NCBI GenBank assembly: GCA_964620325.1
Contig: CAZUIM010000019.1
Span: forward strand, 1,142 to 40,166
Reading direction: 5' to 3'
Source of the DNA: an uncultured Thermotogae bacterium
Lineage (GTDB): Bacteria > Bipolaricaulota > Bipolaricaulia > UBA7950 > UBA9294
DNA: 39,025 bases
In this document: positions 17,112 through 26,202 of the stretch, one piece after another
Layout: each line of letters begins with the position of its first letter
Position numbering within the stretch: position 1 is the stretch's first letter
Position numbers and translations under genes: made by a program
The notes under the pieces: generated by a model
Seen by the model: only the letters and a program-made list of their open reading frames with translations
Databases searched by the model: none
What the model was told of the DNA's origin: nothing

Positions 17112-17933
17112 ATGCGCATTATCATGTCCGGAGCCGGGGTCACCGGCCGACGGTTGGCCGGGAAACTCGCCGACGATCGGCACGATCTGACGGTGATCGA
17201 CTTGAATCGGGACCTGTGCGAGGCGCTCAGCGCCGAGTTCGGGGTGGTTGCGATCTGCGGAAACGCGACCGACATCGCGACGCTGGAGGAGGCCGAACTC
17301 GGCCGGGCCGACGTCGCCGTCGCGCTGATGGGGTCGAGCGCCGACAATCTCGCTTTCTCGCTTCTGGCGAGTGGAGCGGGGGTCGATCGAGTCATCGCCA
17401 GGATGCCGAATCCGAAGTATCGGGCCGCCTACGAGCGGGCGGGAGTGACGAGCATCCTCGACGTCGTCGGCCTGTTCCTCGATCGGCTCGTCCTCGAGAT
17501 CGAGCATCCGCCGATCCATCAGGTCGCATCGATCGCTGACGGGCAGGGCGCGATCGTCTGGGTGACGGTCGTCGACACGGCCCCCGGGAGCGGACGCCCG
17601 CTCGATGAGGTTCGAGCCGACCGTCGCTTCCCGCACGGTTGTGCGGTCGCGGGGCTCGTTCGCTCGGACGACGAGCGACTCCTCTTCCCGTCCGGACGCG
17701 ATCGCGTTCTCGTCGGGGACCGCATCCTTCTGGTCGGAACGATCGACGGGCTGACCCGGGCGGCGAGCCTGTTCGGCGAGAAGGGCGGGATCGCGTCGTT
17801 CTTCCGGCGAAAGCTGACGTCGGGCCGGGCGGGTCGCGCCGGCGATGACGAGACCATCGCCCGCGTCGAAGCGACCGTCGAGGAGATCGAGCAGGGGATC
17901 GGCGAGGAGTCGAACGGACGTCCGGACGCGTAG
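17112..17933 (+). CDS. trkA: TrkA/KtrA-family K+ transport regulatory protein (RCK_N NAD-binding domain plus TrkA_C domain)
   Basis: MRIIMSGAGVTGRRLA forms a Rossmann GxGxxG motif. The gene follows trkH with an 11-nt gap. Confidence 0.8.
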   Translation: MRIIMSGAGVTGRRLAGKLADDRHDLTVIDLNRDLCEALSAEFGVVAICGNATDIATLEEAELGRADVAVALMGSSADNLAFSLLASGAGVDRVIARMPNPKYRAAYERAGVTSILDVVGLFLDRLVLEIEHPPIHQVASIADGQGAIVWVTVVDTAPGSGRPLDEVRADRRFPHGCAVAGLVRSDDERLLFPSGRDRVLVGDRILLVGTIDGLTRAASLFGEKGGIASFFRRKLTSGRAGRAGDDETIARVEATVEEIEQGIGEESNGRPDA

Positions 17934-17948
17934 CCGGCTCGTCGGCTA
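17931..17948. terminator. Short hairpin TAGCCG-gctcgt-CGGCTA between the convergent trkA and the downstream minus-strand gene. It overlaps both stop codons.
   Basis: Perfect 6-bp inverted repeat with a 6-nt loop. Confidence 0.3.
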
Positions 17949-18665
17949 GTGGTCGGACGAGATCGACACTGGAGAGGCGAGGACTTCGACCTCCCGGAAG
18001 ACCAAATGAAGGACGACTGACCGGTCAGCGTTGCTGTCCGCGTCGTAGAGCAGGAGTGTGAATTCCAACCGGCCCGGATCGGCGAAAATCGTGTTGTCGC
18101 GCAGGAGGGGGCTAAAGATCAGGCCGCGATTCCGGATTGCGCCGTCCTCTCGTCTCAAGGCATCTCCGAGAATCCATATCCCATCGAACGATTCCTCGAG
18201 CGGCTCTCCGTCGAGGATGAGTTCAAATCGGGTCTCGACGGCGAGGAGAGCGAAGGTCACCGGAAGGCGCGGATCGCCGAATTCGTTCTCGCCGTGAACC
18301 GTAACGTTCGTTCGAATGTCCGCGGTCTCGTCGACTCGCGAACGGAGGGTCAACGCGCCGATCCAGGGTCGATCGCCGCGGGAAGGATCGGTCTTCTCGT
18401 CGAGGTGAACGGTGAGGCGAACGACGCCGCAATCGGCCCCTTTGGAGAGGCGAAGCCGACTGTCCCCGTCGGCCGATCGGACCAGGTGGCCCCCGGCGTA
18501 GGCGAATCGATCGCTCGCGTCGCCGACGAGGAGCAGGCCGGAGGCGCGGACTTCCCAACCGGAACTCAGAGCGATCGACTCGTTGATGGCCTGAATGGCG
18601 AGCCAGCCGGCGACGGCGAGGATGCCAATCCCCAGGAGAGCGACGACGGTTCGCGAGGAGTCCAT
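17946..18665 (-). CDS. Hypothetical N-terminally membrane-anchored protein, 239 aa, beta-rich ectodomain
   Basis: N-terminal TM VVALLGIGILAVAGWLAI. High GC3. A 3-nt gap separates it from the upstream gene. No recognisable family. Confidence 0.5.
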   Translation of the reverse strand: MDSSRTVVALLGIGILAVAGWLAIQAINESIALSSGWEVRASGLLLVGDASDRFAYAGGHLVRSADGDSRLRLSKGADCGVVRLTVHLDEKTDPSRGDRPWIGALTLRSRVDETADIRTNVTVHGENEFGDPRLPVTFALLAVETRFELILDGEPLEESFDGIWILGDALRREDGAIRNRGLIFSPLLRDNTIFADPGRLEFTLLLYDADSNADRSVVLHLVFREVEVLASPVSISSDH

Positions 18666-18668
18666 CGA

Positions 18669-19637
18669 CTACCGTGAGATCGTGAACGGCTCGTTGAACG
18701 CCTCGGCGCCGTTCAGGGTGCCGTGCGCTCGGTATCTGCCGCTCGCAAGACCGGCCGGATCGATTCGATAGTGACGCCACTCGCCGGCGGAGACGACGTC
18801 CTCGACGCGGGAAACTGTCGACTGGTCCGGACCGAGCCAGACGAGGTCGAACACATCACTCTGTCCGATCCGTGTGAAGTGAACGATCAGATGGATCGCA
18901 TCGTCGGAGGTGGAGAACCGGCTGGTCGGATCCTTGCCGACGTACCCTTCTCGCTTCGGTTCGACCGAGCGGTAGAGCCCGTAGCGGATCTCCTTGGTGT
19001 AGGCGGCGGTCAGGGCACTCTCGACGTCCCCAGCGATCGACGTCGCCGCAGTGGCGAGGAGTGAGTCGAATCCACCGAATAGGCTCCCCGAACGGAGCGT
19101 AGTCGAGTTGGCCCCCTGCACGTCGAGGGCCCGTTCGATCAGTCCGGTTCTCGTGTCAACGACCTCGACCTGGGCTCGAATCCGGACGCTGTACTCCGTC
19201 GCCGGCGCTTCTTCGGCGCAGTCGCCGTCTTCCCAGGCAACGCAGATCGTCGTCTCACGGGCGTTCGAATCGACAGCGTAGACCGCCCCGGTGATCAGCT
19301 TGTTGACCCCGGTGAGCGTGCCGATCTCGACGGCGGTCGACGGATCGATGAAGCCTGTCTGGGTCAGCGCGTTCTCCATCAGTAAGGCGTCGAGTTGAGC
19401 GCGCGAGTAGACGTCGATCCCGGACGCGTTGACGAGGCGCGTCTCGATTCGCCCGGCCAGCGTCCCTTCGACGCCGGGCCAACTCGAGCTGTTTGTGAAG
19501 GGGAGGACGGCGACGTCGAGTCGCTCGCTCGTGATCACGGCACGTTCCGAGGGCTCCGGAACAACGAAGACCAACAACGTCGCCACCAGCAGGACGCCGA
19601 TGACGAGTGCAATCAGCAGACCGGTGCTGTCGTCCAT
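18669..19637 (-). CDS. Single-pass membrane protein with a CsgG/LpoB/FlgO-like periplasmic domain plus an unknown C-terminal domain
   Basis: ATG with a GGAGGTG RBS. TM LLIALVIGVLLVATLLVFVV. VAVLPFTN...GIDVYSRAQLDALLMENALTQTGFID...GVNKLITGAVYAV matches the CsgG-like fold pattern. Confidence 0.5.
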   Translation of the reverse strand: MDDSTGLLIALVIGVLLVATLLVFVVPEPSERAVITSERLDVAVLPFTNSSSWPGVEGTLAGRIETRLVNASGIDVYSRAQLDALLMENALTQTGFIDPSTAVEIGTLTGVNKLITGAVYAVDSNARETTICVAWEDGDCAEEAPATEYSVRIRAQVEVVDTRTGLIERALDVQGANSTTLRSGSLFGGFDSLLATAATSIAGDVESALTAAYTKEIRYGLYRSVEPKREGYVGKDPTSRFSTSDDAIHLIVHFTRIGQSDVFDLVWLGPDQSTVSRVEDVVSAGEWRHYRIDPAGLASGRYRAHGTLNGAEAFNEPFTISR

Positions 19638-20572
19638 CGCTCACCTCCGCATCCCGGGCTTCGGGGTGATTTACCGTACCTCTGCTCCGGTCCCGTTTCA
19701 AGACGTTCGGGCCTTTGCCGGGCGATTCGATCGGTGGCGACGGTGCAGGCCCTTGCGTTTGCGATCGAGATCGTCTCCCCGCGCAGCCGAGCGACGACGA
19801 AGGCCGCCGCGTAGGCGTCCCCGGCCCCTGTCGTGTCGCCGGAGACGGGTTCGGCGATTGCTGCAAGATCTCGTTCCTCTCCGGACCAGGCGAGTGCGCC
19901 CCGTGGGCCGAGCGTCACCGATCCGACCGAGAACGAGGTCGACAGCGCGTCGGCGATCGCCTCCGGCTCCTCATGGCCGGCGAGGAGCTTGCCTTCGGCT
20001 AGATTGGGGAAGACCCAGTCTGCGCAGGAGATCTCATCGAGAAACGCCTCGACGCCGAACGATGCGATCAGACTCGCCGGAGGCGGATCGATCGACACGG
20101 TCGCGCCGTGTTGGCGGGCGAAGGCGATCGCGCGGTGGGCGGCCGGAAGCTGATGGGCAGAGAGAACGGCGTAGCCGGAGACGTGGAGATGGTCGACACC
20201 GGAGAAGACGCCCTCCTCGATCGACGTCTCGGTCAGACCGTCGTTCGCTCCGCGCGAGCAGATCATCGTTCGCTCGCTCCCCTGCTCAAGGGCGAGGATC
20301 GTTCCGCTCGGTCCTTCGGCACGGCCGACGACGGCTTCGATCCCGGAGTCCTCGAGAGATTGGACGAGCAGGTCGCCGATCAGATCGGTCCCGACGCAAC
20401 CGAGGAAGGTGACGGCGGCGCCCTCGGCGGCCGCGACGCGGGCGAACGTTCCGGCGCTTCCGCCCGGGGCGGCCCAAACCGTGGATCGGACTTCGCTCCC
20501 CGGGGCGACGGCGTCGAATGCGACAGCGTGGACGTCGAGGTTCAGATCGCCGAGGACGACGACCCGACTCAC
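19613..20572 (-). CDS. PfkB-family carbohydrate/ribokinase-like kinase
   Basis: GTG start overlapping the btpA stop (GTGA). VVVLGDLNLDV is at the N-terminus and a GAGD motif (DTTGAGDAYAAAF) lies near the C-terminus. The longer ORF-track frame (652 aa) overprints btpA and is rejected. Confidence 0.8.
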   Translation of the reverse strand: MSRVVVLGDLNLDVHAVAFDAVAPGSEVRSTVWAAPGGSAGTFARVAAAEGAAVTFLGCVGTDLIGDLLVQSLEDSGIEAVVGRAEGPSGTILALEQGSERTMICSRGANDGLTETSIEEGVFSGVDHLHVSGYAVLSAHQLPAAHRAIAFARQHGATVSIDPPPASLIASFGVEAFLDEISCADWVFPNLAEGKLLAGHEEPEAIADALSTSFSVGSVTLGPRGALAWSGEERDLAAIAEPVSGDTTGAGDAYAAAFVVARLRGETISIANARACTVATDRIARQRPERLETGPEQRYGKSPRSPGCGGERWTTAPVC

Positions 20573-21360
20573 TTCGAATCCCTGAGGGTTGCGATCCCCT
20601 CTGCGAGGGCGCGGACGCGTTCGACGTCGATCGCCCCCCCGAGCTTCCCCCCCTCTTTGAGGATCGTGCCGACGATGAACCCGTCGGCGTCTCGGTAGGT
20701 GGCGAGGTTGTCGATCCGGACACCACTGCCGATCAGAACCGGGAGATCGACGACGCTGCGGACCGTCTGCACGTCGGCCGGATCGGTCCGTCGACCGGTC
20801 CCGATTCCCGAGACGATCAGCGCGTCGGGGCCGTTCCTCGCTGCATCGAGCGCCGCTTCCCCCAACCGCGTCAAGTGGGCGGCGTGCTTGACGTGGACGT
20901 CGGCGAGGACCTTCGTCTCGATCCCCAGGTTGCGCTTCAACCACATCAGATCGCGGGCCTGTCCCTCGATCATCCCTTGATCGGCGAACGCGACGCCGGC
21001 GAAGACATTGACCCGAATGAACGCCGCGCCGGTCGCTGCGGCGATCGACATCGCCGCCAGTCCATCGTTGCGGAGCACGTTCACGCCGATCGGGACGGAC
21101 GCCTTCTGCGCAAGGCGATCGACGATGACGGCCATCATCGCGATCGTCTCGGGCGGCGCCGTCTTTGCGTACGGGGTGTCGCCGAGGTTCTCGATGAGGA
21201 CCGCGTCGATGCCGCCCGACTCGAGAGCATAGAGATCGCGCAGGGCAGCATCGATGATCGGCTTCGGCCCCTGCTGTCGGTAGCGGACCGACCCGGCAAC
21301 GGGGAGAAGGTGGATCATCCCGATCAGCGGTTTCTCGACCGTGAAGGTCTTTGCGGACAT
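20569..21360 (-). CDS. BtpA/SgcQ-family TIM-barrel protein
   Basis: IGMIHLLP...GIDAVLIENLGD...GVNVLRND... is the characteristic BtpA pattern. It is 263 aa and paired with a PfkB kinase as in sgc-like loci. Confidence 0.8.
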   Translation of the reverse strand: MSAKTFTVEKPLIGMIHLLPVAGSVRYRQQGPKPIIDAALRDLYALESGGIDAVLIENLGDTPYAKTAPPETIAMMAVIVDRLAQKASVPIGVNVLRNDGLAAMSIAAATGAAFIRVNVFAGVAFADQGMIEGQARDLMWLKRNLGIETKVLADVHVKHAAHLTRLGEAALDAARNGPDALIVSGIGTGRRTDPADVQTVRSVVDLPVLIGSGVRIDNLATYRDADGFIVGTILKEGGKLGGAIDVERVRALAEGIATLRDSK

Positions 21361-21410
21361 GACGGGTGACTATATCGGAACGGCGGTTCGGCGGCCAACG
21401 AGCGCCAAGG

Positions 21411-22199
21411 TTACAGCCAGGGCTCGATGTGGTAGTCGCGCAGCCGGATCGGATGATCGGTGTATCGCACAATTCCCTGGCGATCGAGAACGAACGTATG
21501 CGGGATCCCGTCGACGCCGTAGAGGAAACGGACCGCCGTCGCTTTCTCGAGACTGCCGCGAAGGACGACAAATTCGGTGAATCCGTTCTCGTTCAGGAAG
21601 TCGCGGGCTTTTGCCTCGGTCTCGTCCAAGTTGACGGTGACGGCGACGAGGCCGTCGGCGGCGAACCGCGCCCGAAGAGCCTCCAAATGAGGCATCGTCA
21701 ATCGACAGGGCGGGCAGCTGCTCCGCCAGAAGTCGAGAACGACTACGTAGCCTCGGTACTGGGCGAGGGATGTCTCGACCCCGTCGAGGCTCCTCAGGGT
21801 GAACTCCGGGGCGAGCTCGCCGATCTCGGTCCCCGTCGTCGGGGGCGCGACCGGATTGGAGGTGACAATCGCGCGCGTCGCCCTCCCTTCGCCACCGCGA
21901 TCGTCGGTCACCGTCAGCGTCGCCTCGAACGTTCCGGCCTGCGCGTACGTGTGGGAGACCGTCAGACCCGCGGCGATCGTCCCGTCTCCGAGATTCCATG
22001 CGTAGGCGACGATCGTCCCATCGGCATCGATCGAGTCGCTCGCGTCGAAGAAGACGGAGAGGGGGACGTCGCCGCTCGATGGAGACCGAGTGAATGACGC
22101 GATCGGGGATCGATTCAGCGCGATGCAGGAACTCATCAGGAATGCGACCAATGCAACGAGGAGGGTGGGAAGGGCGATAGCGAGGCGGGTTCGAGTCAT
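21411..22199 (-). CDS. Putative lipoprotein with a PKD domain fused to a TlpA/ResA-like thioredoxin (thiol-disulfide oxidoreductase, CxxC)
   Basis: Signal peptide with LMSSC. PKD-like segment PIASFTRSPSSGDVPLSVFFDASDSIDADGTIVAYAWNLGDG. Thioredoxin motif FWRSSCPPCR. Confidence 0.8.
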   Translation of the reverse strand: MTRTRLAIALPTLLVALVAFLMSSCIALNRSPIASFTRSPSSGDVPLSVFFDASDSIDADGTIVAYAWNLGDGTIAAGLTVSHTYAQAGTFEATLTVTDDRGGEGRATRAIVTSNPVAPPTTGTEIGELAPEFTLRSLDGVETSLAQYRGYVVVLDFWRSSCPPCRLTMPHLEALRARFAADGLVAVTVNLDETEAKARDFLNENGFTEFVVLRGSLEKATAVRFLYGVDGIPHTFVLDRQGIVRYTDHPIRLRDYHIEPWL

Positions 22200-22324
22200 G
22201 GTCGCAGTGTATGTCTCCAGGCAAACCTACGAGGCCCCTCTCGGAGCCTCGTACATTCTCTGGCTTGGGTCCCCTCTCGTACGCCACCAAGCTACGATTC
22301 CTGTGTCAAGGGAGGATGGAGAGG

Positions 22325-22343
22325 TTGTGAAGGGTTTGTGAAG
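22325..22343 (+). promoter_or_regulatory. Perfect 8-bp direct repeat TTGTGAAG-ggt-TTGTGAAG (11-bp periodicity). On the other strand it reads CTTCACAA x2, which is PHO-box-like, suggesting an OmpR/PhoB-family response-regulator site. It lies in the divergent region between the PKD-thioredoxin operon and the phosphatase gene.
   Basis: Exact repeat at 22325-22332 and 22336-22343. It is about 113 nt upstream of ATG 22456. Confidence 0.45.
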
Positions 22344-22455
22344 CGGCCTCCGTGTGGGAGGATCCGGCTCGTCACTCAATCTATCTTCGGTTTTGGATCG
22401 AGGAAGCGGCGCCGCGGGATTTGATTCGCCCCGATCGCTCGGTATCCTCTGGGGC

Positions 22456-23790
22456 ATGGTCGCGAGACAGATCGGATCGGCCGTCCTTGTCGGGCTTTTG
22501 CTCGCCCTTTCGGTGGCGGCCGTCGCCGCTTCGTTCGACCACGGTCCATACTCGGGGGCCCCTTCGCTCGACGGTGTGACCGTCAGTTGGGTCTGTGAGC
22601 CGGCACTGCCGGCGCGGATCGAGTACGAATCGCGGGCCCGGTTCGACGCCGACGGAACGATGACCGGTTCGCTGCTCGTCCCGCCACTTGAGGAGGACAT
22701 CTTGGTCACGACGTCGCACGCGACGATCGAGGATCTCGAGCCCGGCACAGACTACGTGTACCGGGTCGTTCTGATCGACGAGGATGGGGAGGAGACGGTA
22801 AGTCCGATCGGCGCGTTCTCTACCGCACCCGCACCGGGCGAGCCGGTCGCGTTCGTCGTTGTCGCGGACACTCAGAAGCAATCGGAAGGGGTCAATCGCC
22901 TGGCACTGGTCGCCGACGGGATCGCGTCCGATCCGACCGAGTTTGCGTTCATCCTGCACGGCGGCGACGTGGTCGAGATCCCGTCGTCCTTCTACTGGGA
23001 CGACTGGTTCGACGCCTTCGACGAGGCGCTGCTGCGGGCGCCGTTCGTCCCGGTTCTCGGGAATCACGAGAAGAATCATCGATCGTACTACGACGCGTTC
23101 GAGCTTCCGCCGGGCGGCGGAAAGGACGACGAGCGTTGGTGGGCCCTCCACTGGGGTGACGTCGTCGTCGTCGGCCTCGATTCGAACGTCAAGAAGGCGA
23201 GCGACTACCGCACTCAGCAAGAGTGGGCGCGCGAGCATCTCTCCGGGCCTGAACCGCACAAGTTTGCCATCTTCCATCACCCCGTCTTCACCTCCGACGC
23301 GTACCACGAGTCGGGATCTTTCCTGGACAAGATCTACCATCCGATCTTCGCCGAGTGTGGCGTCGATGTCGTCTTCAACGGGCATTCTCACCACTACGAG
23401 CACATCGTTCGTGAGGGCGTGACGTATCTGGTCGTCGGGGGAGGTGGGGCAACCCCGCGGCAGACGCGGCCGGAACACATCGAGGGTTCGGACATCTCCG
23501 TTGAGGGGCACTACTTCTACACGCGCGTCCACACGTCGACGAGTGGGATCCGAGTCGAGACGATCTCGGTCGGCGAAGAGCGTCCCGACGGCGTCTGCAT
23601 CGAGTCGACCGGCCCGATCGATTCCTTCACGTTGAGACCGGACTCTCTGCTGGAGCCGGTCGAGGAACGCGTCCCCGAGCCGCCGTCGGATCCGGAGGCG
23701 GCAGAGGACAGAGCTCAAACGACGTGGATTCTGATCGGGGCAGTGGTTGCGGCGCTCGTCGTCCTTCTGCTGAGCGCCGGGCCCGAGTAG
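22456..23790 (+). CDS. Purple-acid-phosphatase-like metallophosphoesterase with an N-terminal FN3-like domain and a C-terminal TM anchor
   Basis: Signal peptide MVARQIGSAVLVGLLLALSVAAVAA. Metallophosphoesterase motifs GDVVE, GNHE, GHSHHYEH. C-terminal TWILIGAVVAALVVLLLSAG. Confidence 0.8.
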   Translation: MVARQIGSAVLVGLLLALSVAAVAASFDHGPYSGAPSLDGVTVSWVCEPALPARIEYESRARFDADGTMTGSLLVPPLEEDILVTTSHATIEDLEPGTDYVYRVVLIDEDGEETVSPIGAFSTAPAPGEPVAFVVVADTQKQSEGVNRLALVADGIASDPTEFAFILHGGDVVEIPSSFYWDDWFDAFDEALLRAPFVPVLGNHEKNHRSYYDAFELPPGGGKDDERWWALHWGDVVVVGLDSNVKKASDYRTQQEWAREHLSGPEPHKFAIFHHPVFTSDAYHESGSFLDKIYHPIFAECGVDVVFNGHSHHYEHIVREGVTYLVVGGGGATPRQTRPEHIEGSDISVEGHYFYTRVHTSTSGIRVETISVGEERPDGVCIESTGPIDSFTLRPDSLLEPVEERVPEPPSDPEAAEDRAQTTWILIGAVVAALVVLLLSAGPE

Positions 23791-23882
23791 TCCGAAATGG
23801 GGGTCCGGGAGGCGTTCCCGGAGAGGCTTCTTTCGCCGTTCTGATTGCGGTTCTCTGATTCCAACCTTCACGGCGGGGTCTT

Positions 23883-23911
23883 TTGCGTCGGCTGTAACCG
23901 GTCTGTATACT
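23883..23911 (+). promoter_or_regulatory. Sigma70-type promoter TTGCGT-N17-TATACT with an extended -10 (TGTATACT), upstream of the sugar ABC transporter genes
   Basis: TTGCGT at 23883-23888 and TATACT at 23906-23911. Confidence 0.45.
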
Positions 23912-23926
23912 GGTCGTTCACGAGGC

Positions 23927-24802
23927 GTGGAGTGGACCAAGGGGGGCGCATTGGAGGCAGTCCGCACCGGTCAGGAGTACGTTGCTCGGCAACGACTCTA
24001 TCGCCTTATGCTGTACGTCCTCCTCCTTGCCGGCTGCGCGATCATGCTCCTTCCCTTCTTCTGGATGGTCACCACGTCCCTCAAGACCCAGGCGGAGGCG
24101 CTGCGAGTTCCTCCGCTCTGGTTCCCTTCGACCCTGCAATGGCAGAACTTCGCGAAGGCGTGGAATGCGGCGCCGTTCGGTTGGTACTTCTTCAACAGCT
24201 TCTTTATGGCGATCACGACGACGACCGGAGAGGTCTTCACGACGATTCTCGCCGCCTACACCTTCGCCAAGATGAAGTTCTTCGGGAAGAATGTGTTGTT
24301 CGCGATACTCCTCGGAACGCTGATGATCCCGGGGCAGATGCTCCTGCTGCCGAATTACGTGACGATGGCGCGCCTGAGCTGGCTCGACAAGTACCAGGCG
24401 CTGATCATTCCGTGGCTCGTCTCGGTGTTCGGGATCTTCCTGTTGCGGCAGTTCTTCCGCAGCGTGCCCGATGAGCTGCTCGACGCGGCTCGGATCGACG
24501 GTTGTTCGCGGTTCCGTTTTCTGTTCACGATTATGGTTCCGCTCTCTAAGCCGGCGATCTTCACCGTCGCATTGTTCAAATTCCTCGGTAGCTGGAACTC
24601 GTTCCAGTGGGTTCTGATCATGACGAACTCGGCGAAGATGCGGACGGTGCCCGTCGGGTTGCAGGTGTTCTCGAGCGAAATCGGAACGGCGTACGAGCAG
24701 CTGATGGCCGCCTCGGTTCTGGCCATCATCCCGGTGTTGGTGTTGTTCTTCTTCACCCAGAAGCAGTTCATTCAGGGGGTCGCGAGAACGGGGATCAAGT
24801 GA
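23927..24802 (+). CDS. Carbohydrate ABC transporter permease (MalG/AraQ-like). Start uncertain: GTG 23927, TTG 23951 (which has an AAGGGGGG RBS) or ATG 24009.
   Basis: PFFWMVTTSLK is at the N-terminus. The EAA-like loop is in ARIDGCSRFRFLFTIMVPL. Six TM helices. Confidence 0.8.
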   Translation: MEWTKGGALEAVRTGQEYVARQRLYRLMLYVLLLAGCAIMLLPFFWMVTTSLKTQAEALRVPPLWFPSTLQWQNFAKAWNAAPFGWYFFNSFFMAITTTTGEVFTTILAAYTFAKMKFFGKNVLFAILLGTLMIPGQMLLLPNYVTMARLSWLDKYQALIIPWLVSVFGIFLLRQFFRSVPDELLDAARIDGCSRFRFLFTIMVPLSKPAIFTVALFKFLGSWNSFQWVLIMTNSAKMRTVPVGLQVFSSEIGTAYEQLMAASVLAIIPVLVLFFFTQKQFIQGVARTGIK

Positions 24803-24906
24803 GAAGCCGATCGGAACAATCGACACAAGGAGGTGATGTCGTACTCGGTGGCACGCACGCGGTCTGTACGATCGATGGTCCATGGACTTCAAGGAGGTCT
24901 TGAACG

Positions 24907-26133
24907 ATGAAGCTTCGAGAAACAATGATTGCTCTCGGACTCCTCGCTGTGTTCGCGCTCGGATTCGCGACGATGGCTCAAGAGCCGGTCACGATCGAGT
25001 TCTGGCATCGATTCAGCGAGAGCCACAATGAGGCGCTTGAGAAACTGGCCAGCGACTTTGAGGCGATGTACCCCCATGTCACGGTGGAGTACGTCTATCA
25101 GGGGAGCTACGGCGCACTCCAGCAGAAGATCAACAGCTCCGTCGTCGCGGGCGAGACCCCGACGATGACGATCTTCTACGAGAACTGGATCCCTCCGGTG
25201 CGGGACGCCCTGCTCCCGCTCGACGATCTCCTGTCACAGGAGACCAAGGATGACATCATCGATGGGCTGTACGCCTCATGTACGTTTGAGGGAGAACTCA
25301 TTACGGTGCCGTTCAACAAGTCGATCATGGTGTTCTACTACATCCAAGAGCGCGTGCCGACGCCGCCCACGACCTGGGACGAGCTTCTCCAGCTGTGTCT
25401 GGATCTTGAAGTTGACACCGATGGCGACGGGACCATCGACCAGTGGGGCATCGGTTTCCGCCCGGCGAGCAATCCGGAGCAGTTCTTCACCCTCCTCGCA
25501 CAGAACAACGGGTCGATCCTGAGTGAGGACTGGAGCGAGGTCACGCTCGACAACGAGGCCGGAATGGAGGCCGCGGAGTTCTACGCCGAGCTCTGCCAGC
25601 ACGCGTACATCACGGAGGAGTACCTGAACTCCCATCTCGACAAGCTGGCGATGGCGATCGATACGTCGGCCGGGTACCCGTACTGGGAGTCGGCCGCTTC
25701 CAACCTCGGACTGACGATCGGCGTGGCCCGCGTTCCGGGCAAGGAGAATCGGAAGTCGGCGATCCAGGGAACGAACATCGGAATCTTCAACAGCGCGTCG
25801 CAGGCTGAGATCGACGCGGCGATCCTGTTCGTCGAGTTCCTGTTGTCCGCCGATCAGACTGCGTACTGGGCAATCGACTCCGGCTACATGCCCGTCACGT
25901 ATTCGGGGTATGAGAGTCAGCTGTGGCTCGACTACGGCGCGGAGCACGACTACATCCAGGTGATGACCGAGCAGTTCGCCGACGGCTTTTCGCAGGTTCT
26001 CCATCCGAATTACGGAGACATGCGCGACGAAGTCCTCAGCACGTTCTGTGAAGAGATCGCAACGGGAGCAATGACCGTCGCGGAAGCGATGCCAATCGCC
26101 GTCGCTGATCTCGAGGCGTTGCTCGACTACTAG
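24907..26133 (+). CDS. Extracellular solute-binding protein (family 1, sugar ABC transporter)
   Basis: AAGGAGGT RBS. Signal peptide MKLRETMIALGLLAVFALGFATMAQE, then EFWHRFSESHNEALEKLASDFE, typical of SBP_bac_1. Confidence 0.85.
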   Translation: MKLRETMIALGLLAVFALGFATMAQEPVTIEFWHRFSESHNEALEKLASDFEAMYPHVTVEYVYQGSYGALQQKINSSVVAGETPTMTIFYENWIPPVRDALLPLDDLLSQETKDDIIDGLYASCTFEGELITVPFNKSIMVFYYIQERVPTPPTTWDELLQLCLDLEVDTDGDGTIDQWGIGFRPASNPEQFFTLLAQNNGSILSEDWSEVTLDNEAGMEAAEFYAELCQHAYITEEYLNSHLDKLAMAIDTSAGYPYWESAASNLGLTIGVARVPGKENRKSAIQGTNIGIFNSASQAEIDAAILFVEFLLSADQTAYWAIDSGYMPVTYSGYESQLWLDYGAEHDYIQVMTEQFADGFSQVLHPNYGDMRDEVLSTFCEEIATGAMTVAEAMPIAVADLEALLDY

Positions 26134-26141
26134 GACCGCTA

Positions 26142-26173
26142 CTCGGGTGGGGCGACCATCGGCCCCACCCGAG
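26142..26173 (+). terminator. Perfect 12-bp GC-rich stem-loop (CTCGGGTGGGGC-gaccatcg-GCCCCACCCGAG) immediately after the SBP stop. Likely an intra-operon attenuator/terminator giving SBP excess over the permeases.
   Basis: Exact inverted repeat, followed by TCTGATTCTTCG. Confidence 0.55.
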
Positions 26174-26202
26174 TCTGATTCTTCGATCGGATCGAGGTTC
26201 TG

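Noticed and set aside
19613-21571. 652-aa minus-strand ORF from the track spanning the PfkB and BtpA regions
   Set aside because: Only its C-terminal 320 aa, from GTG 20572, match the PfkB kinase family. The upstream part overprints the well-conserved BtpA frame (20569-21360). The kinase was annotated from the internal GTG start instead.
23640-23790. PEP-CTERM-like tail on the phosphatase (VPEPPSD...TM helix)
   Set aside because: The PEP motif is followed by a 13-aa spacer and a TM helix ending SAGPE, without the basic Arg cluster of true PEP-CTERM signals. No exosortase gene is in the window. It is treated as a plain C-terminal membrane anchor.
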